This document shows positions 23,339 through 33,438 of a stretch of DNA of 64,000 nucleotides, piece by piece; the first letter of the stretch is position 1, and each line of letters starts with the position of its first letter. The stretch is taken from the NCBI GenBank assembly GCA_963777085.1, contig CAVZPI010000017.1:81615-145614 (forward strand). Reading direction: 5' to 3'. This DNA is from an uncultured Actinomycetes bacterium (GTDB lineage: Bacteria; Actinomycetota; Actinomycetes; S36-B12). The notes under the pieces are model-generated. The model ran no database searches and was not told the origin of the DNA. It saw nothing but the letters and a program-made list of their open reading frames with translations. A program made the translations under genes and the position numbers.

Positions 23339-23339
23339 T

Positions 23340-23588
23340 GTGGAAGCCGTGAACACGCTCCAATCACTTCTCGTCTTCATCGGGATCCCCGTCGCGTTCG
23401 CGCTCGTCGTGTACGTCCTGGTGTCCGCGTCTTCCTGGACGCGTTCCGGCCGGGCAGGCGCGGACTACGACGGCGACCCCTTCATGGTCACGAGCGATCC
23501 GGCGATGCCGGACCCATCCCGGCTCCCGCGCGAGGTCGCGCTCGAGTCGTCGCCGGTTGCAGGAGGTGGCGTCAGTGCCAAGTGGTGA
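23340..23588 (+). CDS. small membrane protein, hypothetical
   Basis: One hydrophobic helix (LLVFIGIPVAFALVVYVLV). Sits immediately after malQ. Confidence 0.45.
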   Translation: MEAVNTLQSLLVFIGIPVAFALVVYVLVSASSWTRSGRAGADYDGDPFMVTSDPAMPDPSRLPREVALESSPVAGGGVSAKW

Positions 23589-24006
23589 GAGGGCGTCCGC
23601 CTACATCGACGGGCTCGACGCCGGCGTGAGCCCGCTGTCCCCGGGGCAGCGTGCGGAGCTCGTCCGCGTGGTCGAGAAGGCACGATCGATCTGCGGGCTG
23701 TGCTTCGCCGTCTTCGTCGGACCCCTGGAGAACGGGCGTGACTTCGCGGTGGCGCGGCACGCGGAACTGCCGGACGCAGGCGCCGCCGTGCTGGTGGCCG
23801 TCGATCCCGGCGCTCGCGCCATCGAGATCGTCACCGGCATCGACGCCCGGGTGCGGCTCGACAACCGGGCCTGCGAGCTCGCGGCGCTGGCGATGAAGTC
23901 CTGCTTCGTCGCGAACGACCTGGTGGGCGGCGTCCGCGAGGGCGTCATGCTGCTGGCCGAGCACGCACGAACCCCGAGGGTCCTCCACCTCGAGGACAAC
24001 GGCTGA
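23575..24006 (+). CDS. conserved hypothetical protein (DUF5130/TPM-like)
   Basis: ORF 23557-24006. The start is uncertain: ATG at 23557 or GTG at 23575. Assignment rests on my recollection of the family only. Confidence 0.55.
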   Translation: MPSGERASAYIDGLDAGVSPLSPGQRAELVRVVEKARSICGLCFAVFVGPLENGRDFAVARHAELPDAGAAVLVAVDPGARAIEIVTGIDARVRLDNRACELAALAMKSCFVANDLVGGVREGVMLLAEHARTPRVLHLEDNG

Positions 24007-24033
24007 CACCTCACCCCCCTTCCCCGGTGAGCA

Positions 24034-24095
24034 CGCGAGTGGTGACTTGTCGGGCGGTTCTGGGGCTGTTTGTGCCCAACGAGTCACCACTCGCG
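24034..24095. repeat. structured hairpin repeat, copy A (core CGCGAGTGGTGACTTGTCGGGC)
   Basis: The left arm at 24034-24055 pairs with the imperfect right arm at 24074-24095. The 22-nt left arm recurs as an exact reverse complement at 25144-25165. Confidence 0.85.
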
Positions 24096-24198
24096 AGCGG
24101 GGGCACAGGTATCCACAGGGCGGGCACCTGCATGACGTCCGTCCACGGGTAGTCCGCAACTGCTGGGTGGGCCTGGGTCGATAGGCGCTACTGATGGC

Positions 24199-25119
24199 AT
24201 GTCCACTTCCTCGCGGACCTTCGGCCGTTCGCCCGGCCCGAACGAAGCGTTCCTCGTCAACGCCCGGGGGGCTGGCGATCTGAGCCCTGATGATGTGCGC
24301 TCGCGGCGTTTCGTTGCTCCTTCTCGCGGTGTCCGCTATCCCGCGGCAGCGCCGGATCCGGACGTGGCCCGTACGGACGCCGCCTTGCTGGTGGCGCCCC
24401 CCGAGGCGCTGCTGTGCGATGTCTCCGCCGCCGCTCACTGGGGCCTGCCGCTGCCACCCTGGATCGCGCTCAGCCAGGAGAGCAGGCCGGTGGCAGTCGC
24501 GGTACGGGCGGGGTCGGGGCGCCCGCAGCGGGTGGGCGTCAGGGGCCGCCGCCTGCTCCTGCCCGCCGAGCACGTGATGGATTCTCGGGGCCATCGGGTC
24601 ACGACTGCGGCCCGCACGTGGGTCGATTGCGCGGAGCTCATTCCCCTGCAGTACCTGGTTGCCATGGGTGACGTTGTCGTGCGACGGGAGTTGGCCTCGA
24701 CGGACGACTTGGCTGCGGTGGTGCGATGGGCCCGCGGCCGTCGGGGCGTCAGGTCCGCACGGGTTGCCCTGCCGATCCTGGACGGCCGAGCCGAGTCGCC
24801 GGGCGAGTCCTGGTTGCGGTGCCACCTCGTCCTGTGCGGCGTGCCGCGTCCGTCCTGCAACTACGACGTCGTCGTGGACGGTGAGTGGCTGGCTCGGGCG
24901 GACATCGCCTGGCCGGAGCGCCGCGTCATCGTCGAGTACGACGGAATCGTCCATCTCGCGGAACGCCAGCGGCGACATGATGCGGCACGGCGCAATCTCC
25001 TTCAGGAGGCCGGGTGGCTGGTGATCGTCTTCACCGCAGCCGACCTGAGGCACCCGGAGGCCATGGCAGACATGGTGAAGTCGGCCCTGCGGCGCCGTGC
25101 CCCCGCCAGTGGTGAGTAG
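24199..25119 (+). CDS. DUF559 (Vsr/PD-(D/E)xK-like endonuclease domain) protein with AbiEi-like N-terminal region
   Basis: The C-terminus RRVIVEYDGIVHLAERQRRHDAARRNLLQEAGWLVIVFTAADL is the DUF559 signature as I remember it. The N-terminal region LLCDVSAAAHWGLPLP resembles AbiEi_4-type domains. Confidence 0.8.
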   Translation: MSTSSRTFGRSPGPNEAFLVNARGAGDLSPDDVRSRRFVAPSRGVRYPAAAPDPDVARTDAALLVAPPEALLCDVSAAAHWGLPLPPWIALSQESRPVAVAVRAGSGRPQRVGVRGRRLLLPAEHVMDSRGHRVTTAARTWVDCAELIPLQYLVAMGDVVVRRELASTDDLAAVVRWARGRRGVRSARVALPILDGRAESPGESWLRCHLVLCGVPRPSCNYDVVVDGEWLARADIAWPERRVIVEYDGIVHLAERQRRHDAARRNLLQEAGWLVIVFTAADLRHPEAMADMVKSALRRRAPASGE

Positions 25120-25165
25120 TCGGGCGAAAACCACCTGGCTCGTGCCCGACAAGTCACCACTCGCG
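25108..25165. repeat. structured hairpin repeat, copy B (inverted relative to copy A)
   Basis: AGTGGTGAGTAGTCGGGC...GCCCGACAAGTCACCACTCGCG. The right arm is the exact reverse complement of 24034-24055. The left arm overlaps the last codons of the DUF559 gene. Confidence 0.85.
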
Positions 25166-25181
25166 GCGGCGGCGGGGGGGG

Positions 25182-27744
25182 TCAGGCCTGTCCGGTGTCC
25201 TTCGCTCGTGCCTGCTTGGCCCGCAGGAGTCCGTCGCGGCCCTCGCCCACCAGCCGGCGCACCGCCGAGTTGAGGTCGCCGGCGAGGAAGGCATCGGTGG
25301 CCGCGATCGTCTCGTCGTCGACGAGCAGGAAGGGGAACAGGCCGATGGTGATGCCCTGGGCGATCTCCGTCGTGCGCTCCTCCCACACCCGGGGCAGCAC
25401 CTCGAAGTAGCGGTCGCGGTACCCGGCAAGCTCGTCGAGCTGGTCGGGCTGCATGAAGCCGCCGATGGTCGCGTCGAGGATCGCATTCGGCAGGTCCGTC
25501 CGGTCGACGACGTCCGCCCACGCCAGCTCCTTGGCGACGGCGGTCGGACGTGCCGCGCGGGCGACGGCGGCCTGCCGACGGCCGGTCGCAGTGTCGTCCG
25601 TCGCCAGCTCGGCCGCGATCGCGTCCTCCTCGATCCGGCCCTTCGCGACGAGCCGCTGCAGCAGGAACCACCGCAGGTCGGTGTCGATGGCGAGGCCCTC
25701 CCAGGCGATCGAGCCGTCGAGGAGCGCGGCGACGAGGTCGAGCTGCGCGTCGGACGTCGCTGACGATACGAAGGCCCGCGCGTACGCCAGCTGGTGGTCG
25801 CTGCCCGCCGCCGCCGCCTCGGCGTGCCCCTGCAGGGCTCCGGCCAGGCGGACGAGGTACCCGTCGCGGTTCTCGGGAGCCCCGAACTGGTCGATGGCCG
25901 TCCTGAGCTGGCGCAGCACTCCCTGGACGACGCCGATGTCGCTCTCGCAGCCGATACCCGACAGTACGAGGCTCAGGAAGTCGCCGGTGGACACCTCCGC
26001 GTCGCGGGTCATGTCCCAGGCGGCCCCCCAGATCAGCGCACGGGCGAGCGGGTCGTCCAGAACGCCGAGGTGGTCGACGGCCGTCTGCCACGATCGCTCG
26101 TCGAGCCGGACCTTGGCGAACGTGAAGTCGCCGTCATTGAGGAGCAGGAGGTCGGGCTGGATGACGTTGCGCAGTTGCGGGACCACCGTGCGCGCACCGG
26201 TGACGTCGACCTCGACGCGATCGCGCTGCACCAGCCGGCCCTGCCTCAGGTCGTAGAGCCCGACCCCGATCCGGTGCGACCGAAGGATCGGCTCGATGCC
26301 CTCGGGCATCGACGGCGGCGCCTGCTCGATGACCACCTCGGTCATCGTCCGGTAGGCGCCGAGCGTGATGCTCGGCCGCAGCAGGTTGACGCCGCTGGTC
26401 TGCAGCCACTGCGCCGTCCACTCGGTCAGGTCGCGCCCGCTCGTGGCCTCGAGCTCGGACAGCAGGTCGCGCAGCTCGGTGTTCCGCCATGCATGCTTGA
26501 TGAAGTAGTTGCGCACCCCGGCCAGGAACTGCTCCTCGCCGACCCAGGCGACCAGCTGGCGCAGCGCGGAGGCCCCCTTCGCGTAGGTGATCCCGTCGAA
26601 GTTCACGCGCACGGCGTCGAGGTCGACCATGTCGGCGGCGATCGGGTGCGTCGAGGACAGCTGGTCCTGGCGGTAGGCCCACGCCTTGCGCTGGTTCGCG
26701 AACGTGGTCCACGCGTCGGTGTAGCGCGTGGCGTTGACGTTGGCCCAGTGCGCCGCCCACTCGGCGAACGACTCGTTGAGCCAGAGGTCGTCCCACCAGG
26801 TCATCGTCACGAGGTCGCCGAACCACATGTGCGCCAGCTCGTGCAGGATCGTGTTGGACCGCTGCTCGTAGGCGGCGTCGGTGACGCGCGACCGGAAGAC
26901 GTAGTCCTCGCAGGAGCGTCACGCAGCCCGCGTTCTCCATGGCGCCGGCGTTGAACTCCGGCACGAACAGCTGGTCGTACTTGGCGAACGGGTACGGGAT
27001 GCCGAACTGCTCCTCGAAGTAGGCGAAGCCCTGCTTCGTGACCGTGAGGATCTCGTCGGAGTCGAGGTACTTCGCGAGGGACCCGCGGCAGTAGACGCCG
27101 AGCGGGTAGGTGCCGTGCACGCCGGTGTAGGAGTCGCTGACGCGGTGGTACGGCCCGGCGACGAGGGCGGTGATGTACGTCGAGATGCGGGGCGTGGGCT
27201 CGAAGGGCCACGTCGCGGTGCCCTCCTCGTCGGGCTCGGGCTGCGGCGTGGGGGCGTTGCTGACGACCTGCCAGTGCGCTGGCGCGGTCACGGTCAGCTG
27301 GAAGGTGGCCTTGAGGTCGGGCTGCTCGAAGCTGGCGTACATGCGGCGTGAGTCGGCCGACTCGAACTGCGAGTACAGGTAGGTCTCGTTGTCGACCGGG
27401 TCGACGAAGCGGTGCAGTCCCTCGCCGGTGTTCATGTAGGCGCACTCGGCGTTGACGATCAGGATGTTCTCGGCCTGCAGGCCGGCGAGCGTGATCCGGG
27501 GGCCGTGGACGACCTCGGCCACGGCCAGGCTCACGCCGTTCAGGGTGACCGCGTCGACCTTGGTGGCGATGAGGTCGATCCAGGTGGTCGCGCCGGGCTC
27601 CGCGCACGTGAACCTCACGGTCGTGACCGAGACGAAGGTCGCCCCGGTCCCTGTCACGTCGAGGACGACGTCGTAGGAGTCGACCCGGATGAGGGTCGAA
27701 CGGTCCTTGGCCTCGGCGCGCGTGATGTTCTCGGATGCGGTCAT
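25182..27744 (-). pseudogene. pepN: aminopeptidase N (M1 family), one frameshift near 26911
   Basis: The N-terminal part is in ORF 26134-27744 up to GAMENAGCVTLL. The continuation EDYVFRSRVTDAAYEQRSNTILHELAHMWFGDLVTMTWWDDLWLNESFAEW (HExxH...E zinc site) is in the frame of ORF 25182-26828. Removing one C at about 26911 restores the frame. Confidence 0.88.
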
Positions 27745-28268
27745 GGCCCGATCCTTTCATCCCGGCTCCGGCGGTCCGCCGCCGCTTCCGCCGCCGTCCG
27801 CAGACCGGCAGATTCGATCCCCATTCGCGCCAGGGCTCGGGCCAGCGTGCCGTCCCGCACATCACAGGCGGCGATAATCACGTGGGCGCTGGAGAGGGGC
27901 TCGCCCCTGCGCTTCGCGACATCCCTGGTCGCGATGAAGATGTCCTGCGTCGAGCCCTTCGACCGGTAGACGCGGCGGCCGGGGGGCAGCTGGTTGACAG
28001 GTCCTGATGTTGGGGCAGTGGGGGCGCTGACGTTGACCGCGGACAATGCCTCGGCCTCGTTCGCGGCGAGCGCCTCCCGGAGGCTCTCGGGGCTGCCACC
28101 GACGGCGGCGAATGCCTGCCGGGCGGCGGCGTCCGGCATCTCCAGGGCGGCCAGGAAGAGGTGCTCGGACCCAGGGTCGGGCTGGCCGACGGCGAGCGAC
28201 TCCTGCTCTGCGCGAGTCAACAGGGCGGCGATTGTCCTGACGTCGAACCGGCGTGCGAACGGCATCAT
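27741..28268 (-). CDS. Clp N-terminal (Clp_N repeat) domain protein
   Basis: Two Clp_N-like repeats (SEHLFLAALE..., SSAHVIIAACD...). ATGA overlaps with both the upstream HTH gene and downstream pepN. Confidence 0.75.
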   Translation of the reverse strand: MMPFARRFDVRTIAALLTRAEQESLAVGQPDPGSEHLFLAALEMPDAAARQAFAAVGGSPESLREALAANEAEALSAVNVSAPTAPTSGPVNQLPPGRRVYRSKGSTQDIFIATRDVAKRRGEPLSSAHVIIAACDVRDGTLARALARMGIESAGLRTAAEAAADRRSRDERIGP

Positions 28269-28489
28269 GCGCCACCTGCCCGGCCTGCGACGAGATGGGC
28301 GAACTTCTTGTGCGCGCCCTGCTTGGTGATGCCGAGGCACTCGGCCACCCGAGACCATGGCCAGCCCTGGGCGATGGCGCTGGCGACGGCCTCGGCCTCG
28401 AGCCGGTCGGCGAGCGCACGCAGGGCGACGACGCTGGCCAGCGCCTGCTCGGGCTGGTCGGGTGGCGGAACGTTCCAGTCGAGTGGCAT
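28265..28489 (-). CDS. small helix-turn-helix DNA-binding protein
   Basis: A 74-aa protein whose GWPWSRVAECLGITKQGAHKKF segment looks like an HTH. Conserved pairing with Clp_N proteins as far as I recall. Confidence 0.65.
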   Translation of the reverse strand: MPLDWNVPPPDQPEQALASVVALRALADRLEAEAVASAIAQGWPWSRVAECLGITKQGAHKKFAHLVAGRAGGA

Positions 28490-28593
28490 GGGTCAACCGT
28501 AGTTGACGCCACCCCTCCTCGTCAACGGTGGTTGACGAATGGCTCGAGGGATGGTTCGAGGGATGGTGGATGCCGTCTGGCAGGATCGCCGAC

Positions 28594-29418
28594 GTGCCCG
28601 AGGGGAATGTGGTTCACGGCCAGGCCAGGCGCCTGGGCCGCGCGTTCAAGGGCCGTGCCGTCTCGGTCGACAGCCCGCAGGGGCGCTTCGCCGACGGCGC
28701 CGCGCAGGTCAGCGGACGGGTCGTGACGAGGGTCGAGGCGCACGGCAAGCACCTGTTCGTCGGCTTCGACAACCGGTTGTGGGTGCACGTGCACCTCGGG
28801 CTCTTCGGCAAGTGGCAGATCGGCCTGCTGGACGCCGATTCGGGGGAGCCTCCCGAGGTCCGCGGTCTGGTCCGCCTGCGAATGACATCCGACGACTCCT
28901 ACGCCGAGCTGCGGGGACCGACCACCTGCGAGGTCCTCACCGACGACGAGAAGCGAGCGGCAGTGCGACGCGTCGGCCCCGACCCGATCCGCAAGGACGC
29001 CGATCCCGCCGAGGCCTGGCGGCGGGTCGGCGGCAGCTCGGCGCCCATCGGTGCGCTCCTCATGGACCAGCGGGTGTTCGCCGGGGTCGGCAACATCTAC
29101 CGTGCCGAGATCCTGTTCCGGCACGGCATCTCGCCGTTCCGCCCTGGCCTGGACGTGAGCGCCGAGGAGTTCGATCTCGTGTGGGCCGACCTCGTGGTGC
29201 TGATGACCGAGGCGGTCCGGCGTGGCCGGATCGACACCGTGCGGCCCGAGCACCTGCCCGAGGCCATGGGCCGCGCCCCGCGCGAGGACCGCCATGGCGG
29301 GGAGGTCTACGTCTATCGCAGGGACGGACGCGACTGCCACGTCTGCGGCGGAGAGGTCCTCATCGCCGACATGCAGGGGCGCAACCTGTACTGGTGCCCG
29401 ACCTGCCAGCCCGCGTAG
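28594..29418 (+). CDS. nei: Fpg/Nei family DNA glycosylase (endonuclease VIII-like)
   Basis: The GTG at 28594 gives the N-terminus (M)PEGNVVH with the obligatory N-terminal Pro. The C-terminal zinc finger is CHVCGGEV...YWCPTCQ. Confidence 0.85.
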   Translation: MPEGNVVHGQARRLGRAFKGRAVSVDSPQGRFADGAAQVSGRVVTRVEAHGKHLFVGFDNRLWVHVHLGLFGKWQIGLLDADSGEPPEVRGLVRLRMTSDDSYAELRGPTTCEVLTDDEKRAAVRRVGPDPIRKDADPAEAWRRVGGSSAPIGALLMDQRVFAGVGNIYRAEILFRHGISPFRPGLDVSAEEFDLVWADLVVLMTEAVRRGRIDTVRPEHLPEAMGRAPREDRHGGEVYVYRRDGRDCHVCGGEVLIADMQGRNLYWCPTCQPA

Positions 29419-29440
29419 ACCGGCGAAGGGAGGTCGTGGG

Positions 29441-30649
29441 TCAGCCGCGCAGGCGGCGGACGGACGGCTCGAGCAGCGAGAGCAGCACCGGCACGATCAT
29501 CAGGGCGAAGCAGATCCACAGGGCCGGCCCGACGCCGAAGGCCAGCGCCAGTGGCGCCGCCAGGGCGATGCCGATCGGCGAGAACATGAGCGAGCCCAGC
29601 CAGTCGTAGGCAGACACGCGCGACAGCGACTCCTCGGGCACGTTGCGCTGCAGCGCGGTCTCCCAGAGCACGCTGAAGACGTCGACGGAGATGCCGGCGC
29701 AGAAGGCGGACACGACGATGATCCACAGCGGTGCGGGCAGTGCGATGAGCGCGAACGGCACGGCGAACACGGGCGTGACCAGCATGGCGACGAGGATCGG
29801 GCGCTGCGGACGGATCCGGACGGCGACGGCGACGCCGACGACCGTGCCGACCGCCTCGGCCGTGAGGATCGCCGCCCACGGACCGGCGCCCCCGAGCTCG
29901 GCCTGGGCCTGCGCGGGCCCCAGGACGCCCATGCCGGCGGCCGCCGCCATGTTCACCACGGAGAAGACGAGCACCACCACGACGATCCAGCGGCGGGAGA
30001 CGAACTCGTGCCAGCCCTGCCGCAGGTCGCGCAGCGGCGTGAAGTCGCCCGAGCGCTGCTGGGACCGTCCGCTCACGAACGCCATGAGCAGTCCGCCGAC
30101 GAGGAAGCTCACGCCGTCGAGGACGACGGTCCAGCCGGCGCCTATCAGGGTGACGAGGATGCCGGCGGCCGCCGTGCCCCCGATACGGGCGATGTTGGTG
30201 GCCAGCCGGAGCAGGGCGTTGGCGGCCTGCAGGTCCGCCGGCTCGACGACCTCGGGGACGATGCCCGTCAGGGCCGGCGAGAGCAGCGCCACCGCGAGGC
30301 CGTTGATCGCGGCGAGAGCGGCCAGCGAGGGGATCGTGGCGGTGCCGGCGACGAGCATCGCGCCCGCGCCGAGCGCGGCGATGCCGCCGACGGCCTCGGC
30401 GATGACGATGACCCGCGCGCGCGGGAAGCGGTCGGCGATGACGCCGCCCATCAGCATGAACAGCACCTGGGGGATCGCCTGGGCGGTGAGCACGATGCCC
30501 AGGCCGCCGATCCCGGTGTCGGGCAGGCCCAGCACCGCGAAGGCCAGGGCTACCGGGGTGAGGCTGCTGCCGAAGACGGAGACGAGTCGCGCGACGACGA
30601 GCAGTCGCATGTCATGGCGGCGGAGCAGGACCAGGTCGAGGCCGCGCAT
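29441..30649 (-). CDS. MFS transporter
   Basis: A 402-aa protein with about 12 predicted transmembrane segments and a GGVIADRFPR motif. The longer track ORF is an N-terminal artefact. Confidence 0.85.
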   Translation of the reverse strand: MRGLDLVLLRRHDMRLLVVARLVSVFGSSLTPVALAFAVLGLPDTGIGGLGIVLTAQAIPQVLFMLMGGVIADRFPRARVIVIAEAVGGIAALGAGAMLVAGTATIPSLAALAAINGLAVALLSPALTGIVPEVVEPADLQAANALLRLATNIARIGGTAAAGILVTLIGAGWTVVLDGVSFLVGGLLMAFVSGRSQQRSGDFTPLRDLRQGWHEFVSRRWIVVVVLVFSVVNMAAAAGMGVLGPAQAQAELGGAGPWAAILTAEAVGTVVGVAVAVRIRPQRPILVAMLVTPVFAVPFALIALPAPLWIIVVSAFCAGISVDVFSVLWETALQRNVPEESLSRVSAYDWLGSLMFSPIGIALAAPLALAFGVGPALWICFALMIVPVLLSLLEPSVRRLRG

Positions 30650-30651
30650 GG

Positions 30652-31311
30652 TCAGCCGGGGACGTGCGGATGCCGGATCCCGAGGTGATCGGGGGGCAGC
30701 GCCTTCTTGATGATGAGCCAGGACCAGGCGATCGTCGCGACCGTGAGCGCGTAGAAGACGGCGCCGGACGCCGCCAGCGCCCAGAGCGAGCCGCCTTCGA
30801 TGAAGAGCACGAGCAGGACGGTCCTGAGCAGGTTGAGGCCGGCCCACGGCCAGGATGCCAGGGTGTAGGCGCGCAGGAGGTCCGGATCCCTGCGCCAGGC
30901 CATCCGCGTGCCCGACAGCGGCCCGACCACCACCCCGATGAGGGGCCAGCCCACGAGGTTGCCGAGCACGAAGGCCAGGGCCGAGACTGCGTTGAGCAGG
31001 ACGCGGGGCCAGAAGAATGCCTCGGCGCTGCCGGTCCTCGCCGCGATGTAGGCGCTCACCAGGACGACGAGCAGGGATCCGACGGCTCGGGCCGGGTGCT
31101 TGCCCTCGGCCAGCCGCCATGCGGTGAACCCCAGCGCCAGGGCGACCGAGGCCCCGATGGCCCAGGTGAGGTCCGACTCGGCCTCGCCGCCCAGCGACAC
31201 GTACACGGTGATGAACACCAGCGGCGGGAGGACGGTCTCGAGCCCGCCCCGTACGCCACCGAGGAGCATGGCGAACGGATGCCGGCGGGGCATGTCGTCC
31301 GGCTGGGCCAC
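30652..31311 (-). CDS. DUF3159-like integral membrane protein
   Basis: A 219-aa polytopic protein. Family assignment is from memory of the motif LGG.RG..E..LPP..F. Confidence 0.65.
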   Translation of the reverse strand: MAQPDDMPRRHPFAMLLGGVRGGLETVLPPLVFITVYVSLGGEAESDLTWAIGASVALALGFTAWRLAEGKHPARAVGSLLVVLVSAYIAARTGSAEAFFWPRVLLNAVSALAFVLGNLVGWPLIGVVVGPLSGTRMAWRRDPDLLRAYTLASWPWAGLNLLRTVLLVLFIEGGSLWALAASGAVFYALTVATIAWSWLIIKKALPPDHLGIRHPHVPG

Positions 31312-31341
31312 GGACCCACGTTACCGGCTACCGTCGGGGGC

Positions 31342-32160
31342 ATGGCCACCTCCCACGTCCCGTCCGCCGATGCCACTCGCCTTCTCGAGCGCTGGCGGGC
31401 GGACCTCGCCTCGTGGGCGATCCCCGATCGGATCCTCAGCCAGGCATCCGAGCCCCCGTGGTCGCATCCGGTGGCGATGTTCACCGTCGAGGACGACATC
31501 CCCGATTCGATCTCGCACCGCGCTGCGCGCGAGGCGGTGCCGGCGGGCGGCAGCGTCCTGGATATCGGCTGCGGGGGTGGTCGCGCCTCCATGGCGTTGG
31601 TCCCGCCGGTCGGCAGCGTCGTCGGCGTCGACCATCAGCAGGGCATGCTCGACGCCTTCGCGGAGGCCGCGGTCCGTCGCGGCGTGCGGTCCCAGGGCTT
31701 CCTGGGGGAGTGGCCGGACGTGGCCGACGACGTGCCCGAGTGCGACGTCGTCGTGTGCCATCACGTCGCGTACAACGTCCCCGAGATCGGCCCCTTCCTG
31801 GCGGCGCTGGACGCGCATGCCCGGCGCCGCGTCGTCATCGAGCTGCCCATGCACCACCCCATGTCCAACCTGAACGTGCTGTGGAAGAGGTTCTGGGACC
31901 TCGATCGACCGACGCAGCCGACCGCCCATGACCTCGCCGCGATCGCCGCCGCCATGGGCCTCGCCCCGCATCTCGAGGTGTGGCGCGACGAGACGTGGGG
32001 CCGGCGGGTCGCCCTGCCGGATGCGGAGCGCGTGCGCTTCACGAGGATCCGCCTGTGCCTGTCCGAGGATCGCGATGCCCAGATCGCCGCCGCCCTCGTC
32101 GAGCAGTCCGATGCCCAGCCCCGGGAGGTGGCCACGCTCTGGTGGGACGTCCAGCACTGA
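31342..32160 (+). CDS. class I SAM-dependent methyltransferase
   Basis: VLDIGCGGGR SAM motif. Start at ATG 31342. Confidence 0.75.
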   Translation: MATSHVPSADATRLLERWRADLASWAIPDRILSQASEPPWSHPVAMFTVEDDIPDSISHRAAREAVPAGGSVLDIGCGGGRASMALVPPVGSVVGVDHQQGMLDAFAEAAVRRGVRSQGFLGEWPDVADDVPECDVVVCHHVAYNVPEIGPFLAALDAHARRRVVIELPMHHPMSNLNVLWKRFWDLDRPTQPTAHDLAAIAAAMGLAPHLEVWRDETWGRRVALPDAERVRFTRIRLCLSEDRDAQIAAALVEQSDAQPREVATLWWDVQH

Positions 32161-32211
32161 CCGCCGCGACCAGCCGGCCACCCGTCGGTCGCGGCGCGCG
32201 AGGCAGTCGGG

Positions 32212-33435
32212 TTGGATGTGGCCGTGACCTATGACGTCGATCGCCTCCGCGCACGCATTCCCGCCCTCGCCGACGGCACCGCCTACTTCGACGGCCCGGG
32301 CGGCTCGCAGACACCCGACATCGTGGCCGACGCGATAGCCGCCGCGCTGACCGGCGGCCTGTCGAACCGCGGGCGCAACACCGCGGCCGAGCGCAACGCC
32401 GACGACATCACCATCGCGGCCCGCATGGCCGGCGCGGACCTCGTCAACGGCGACCCCGGCGGCATCGTCTTCGGGCGCAGCATGACCGAGATGACCTTCC
32501 AGGTGGCACGCACGCTGGCGAAGGACTGGGGACCCGGCGACGAGGTCGTCGTCACCCGACTCGACCACGACGGCAACATCCGGCCGTGGGTGACCTACGC
32601 CGAGCGGAGCGGCGCCACCGTTCGCTGGGCGCAGTTCGACCCGCGCACCGGCGTGCTGACCGTCGACGACGTCATGCGGCTGGTCAACGACAACACCCGC
32701 GTCGTGGCCGTCACGGGTGCCTCGAACCTGCTCGGCACGCGTCCCGACATCGCGGCGATCGGAGCGGCCGTCGCGCGGACGGACGCGCTCCTCTTCGTCG
32801 ACGGCGTGCACCTGACGGCCCACGCGCCCATCGACATGCAGGCGATCGGCGCGGACTTCTACGTCTGCAGCCCCTACAAGTTCCTCGGCCCGCACCTGGG
32901 CATGCTCGCGGCCTCGCCGGCGCTGCTCGAGACGATGCACCCCGACAAGCTCCGTCCGGCCACCGAGCAGGTGCCCGAGCGGTTCGAGCTGGGCACGCTG
33001 CCCTACGAGCTGCTCGCAGGGGTCGCCGCGGCGATCGACGTGCTCGCCGACCTGGTGCCCGGTGACGAGGCGTCGATGTCGCGGCGCGACCGGCTGGTGC
33101 GGTCGATGTCGGTTCTCGAGGAGTACGAGGACGGACTGCGGGAGCGGATGCGCAGTGGGCTGGCGGCGATCGACGGCGTGACCTTGTATGGGCATGCGCC
33201 GCTGCGCACGCCGACCGAGCTGTTCTCCGTCAACGACGTCGACTCGGCCGACGTGTACCGGCACCTGGCCGGCCTCGGGATCAACGCTCCGGCCGGCTCC
33301 TTCTACGCCCTGGAGGCGTCGGAGTGGATCGGACTCGGCTCCGCGGGCGCCGTCCGCGCCGGTCTCGCGCCGTACACGAACGCCGACGACGTCGAGCGCC
33401 TGCTGACCGGCGTCGCGAGCATCGCGAACCGCTGA
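32212..33435 (+). CDS. cysteine desulfurase-like aminotransferase class V protein
   Basis: PLP-fold motifs, including a SPYKFLGPH lysine region. Confidence 0.8.
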   Translation: MDVAVTYDVDRLRARIPALADGTAYFDGPGGSQTPDIVADAIAAALTGGLSNRGRNTAAERNADDITIAARMAGADLVNGDPGGIVFGRSMTEMTFQVARTLAKDWGPGDEVVVTRLDHDGNIRPWVTYAERSGATVRWAQFDPRTGVLTVDDVMRLVNDNTRVVAVTGASNLLGTRPDIAAIGAAVARTDALLFVDGVHLTAHAPIDMQAIGADFYVCSPYKFLGPHLGMLAASPALLETMHPDKLRPATEQVPERFELGTLPYELLAGVAAAIDVLADLVPGDEASMSRRDRLVRSMSVLEEYEDGLRERMRSGLAAIDGVTLYGHAPLRTPTELFSVNDVDSADVYRHLAGLGINAPAGSFYALEASEWIGLGSAGAVRAGLAPYTNADDVERLLTGVASIANR

Positions 33436-33438
33436 CCG

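Noticed and set aside
28528-28593. Upstream start codon of the Nei ORF given in the track
   Set aside because: Fpg/Nei enzymes need an N-terminal Pro after Met removal. The GTG at 28594 gives (M)PEGN, whereas the upstream extension does not.
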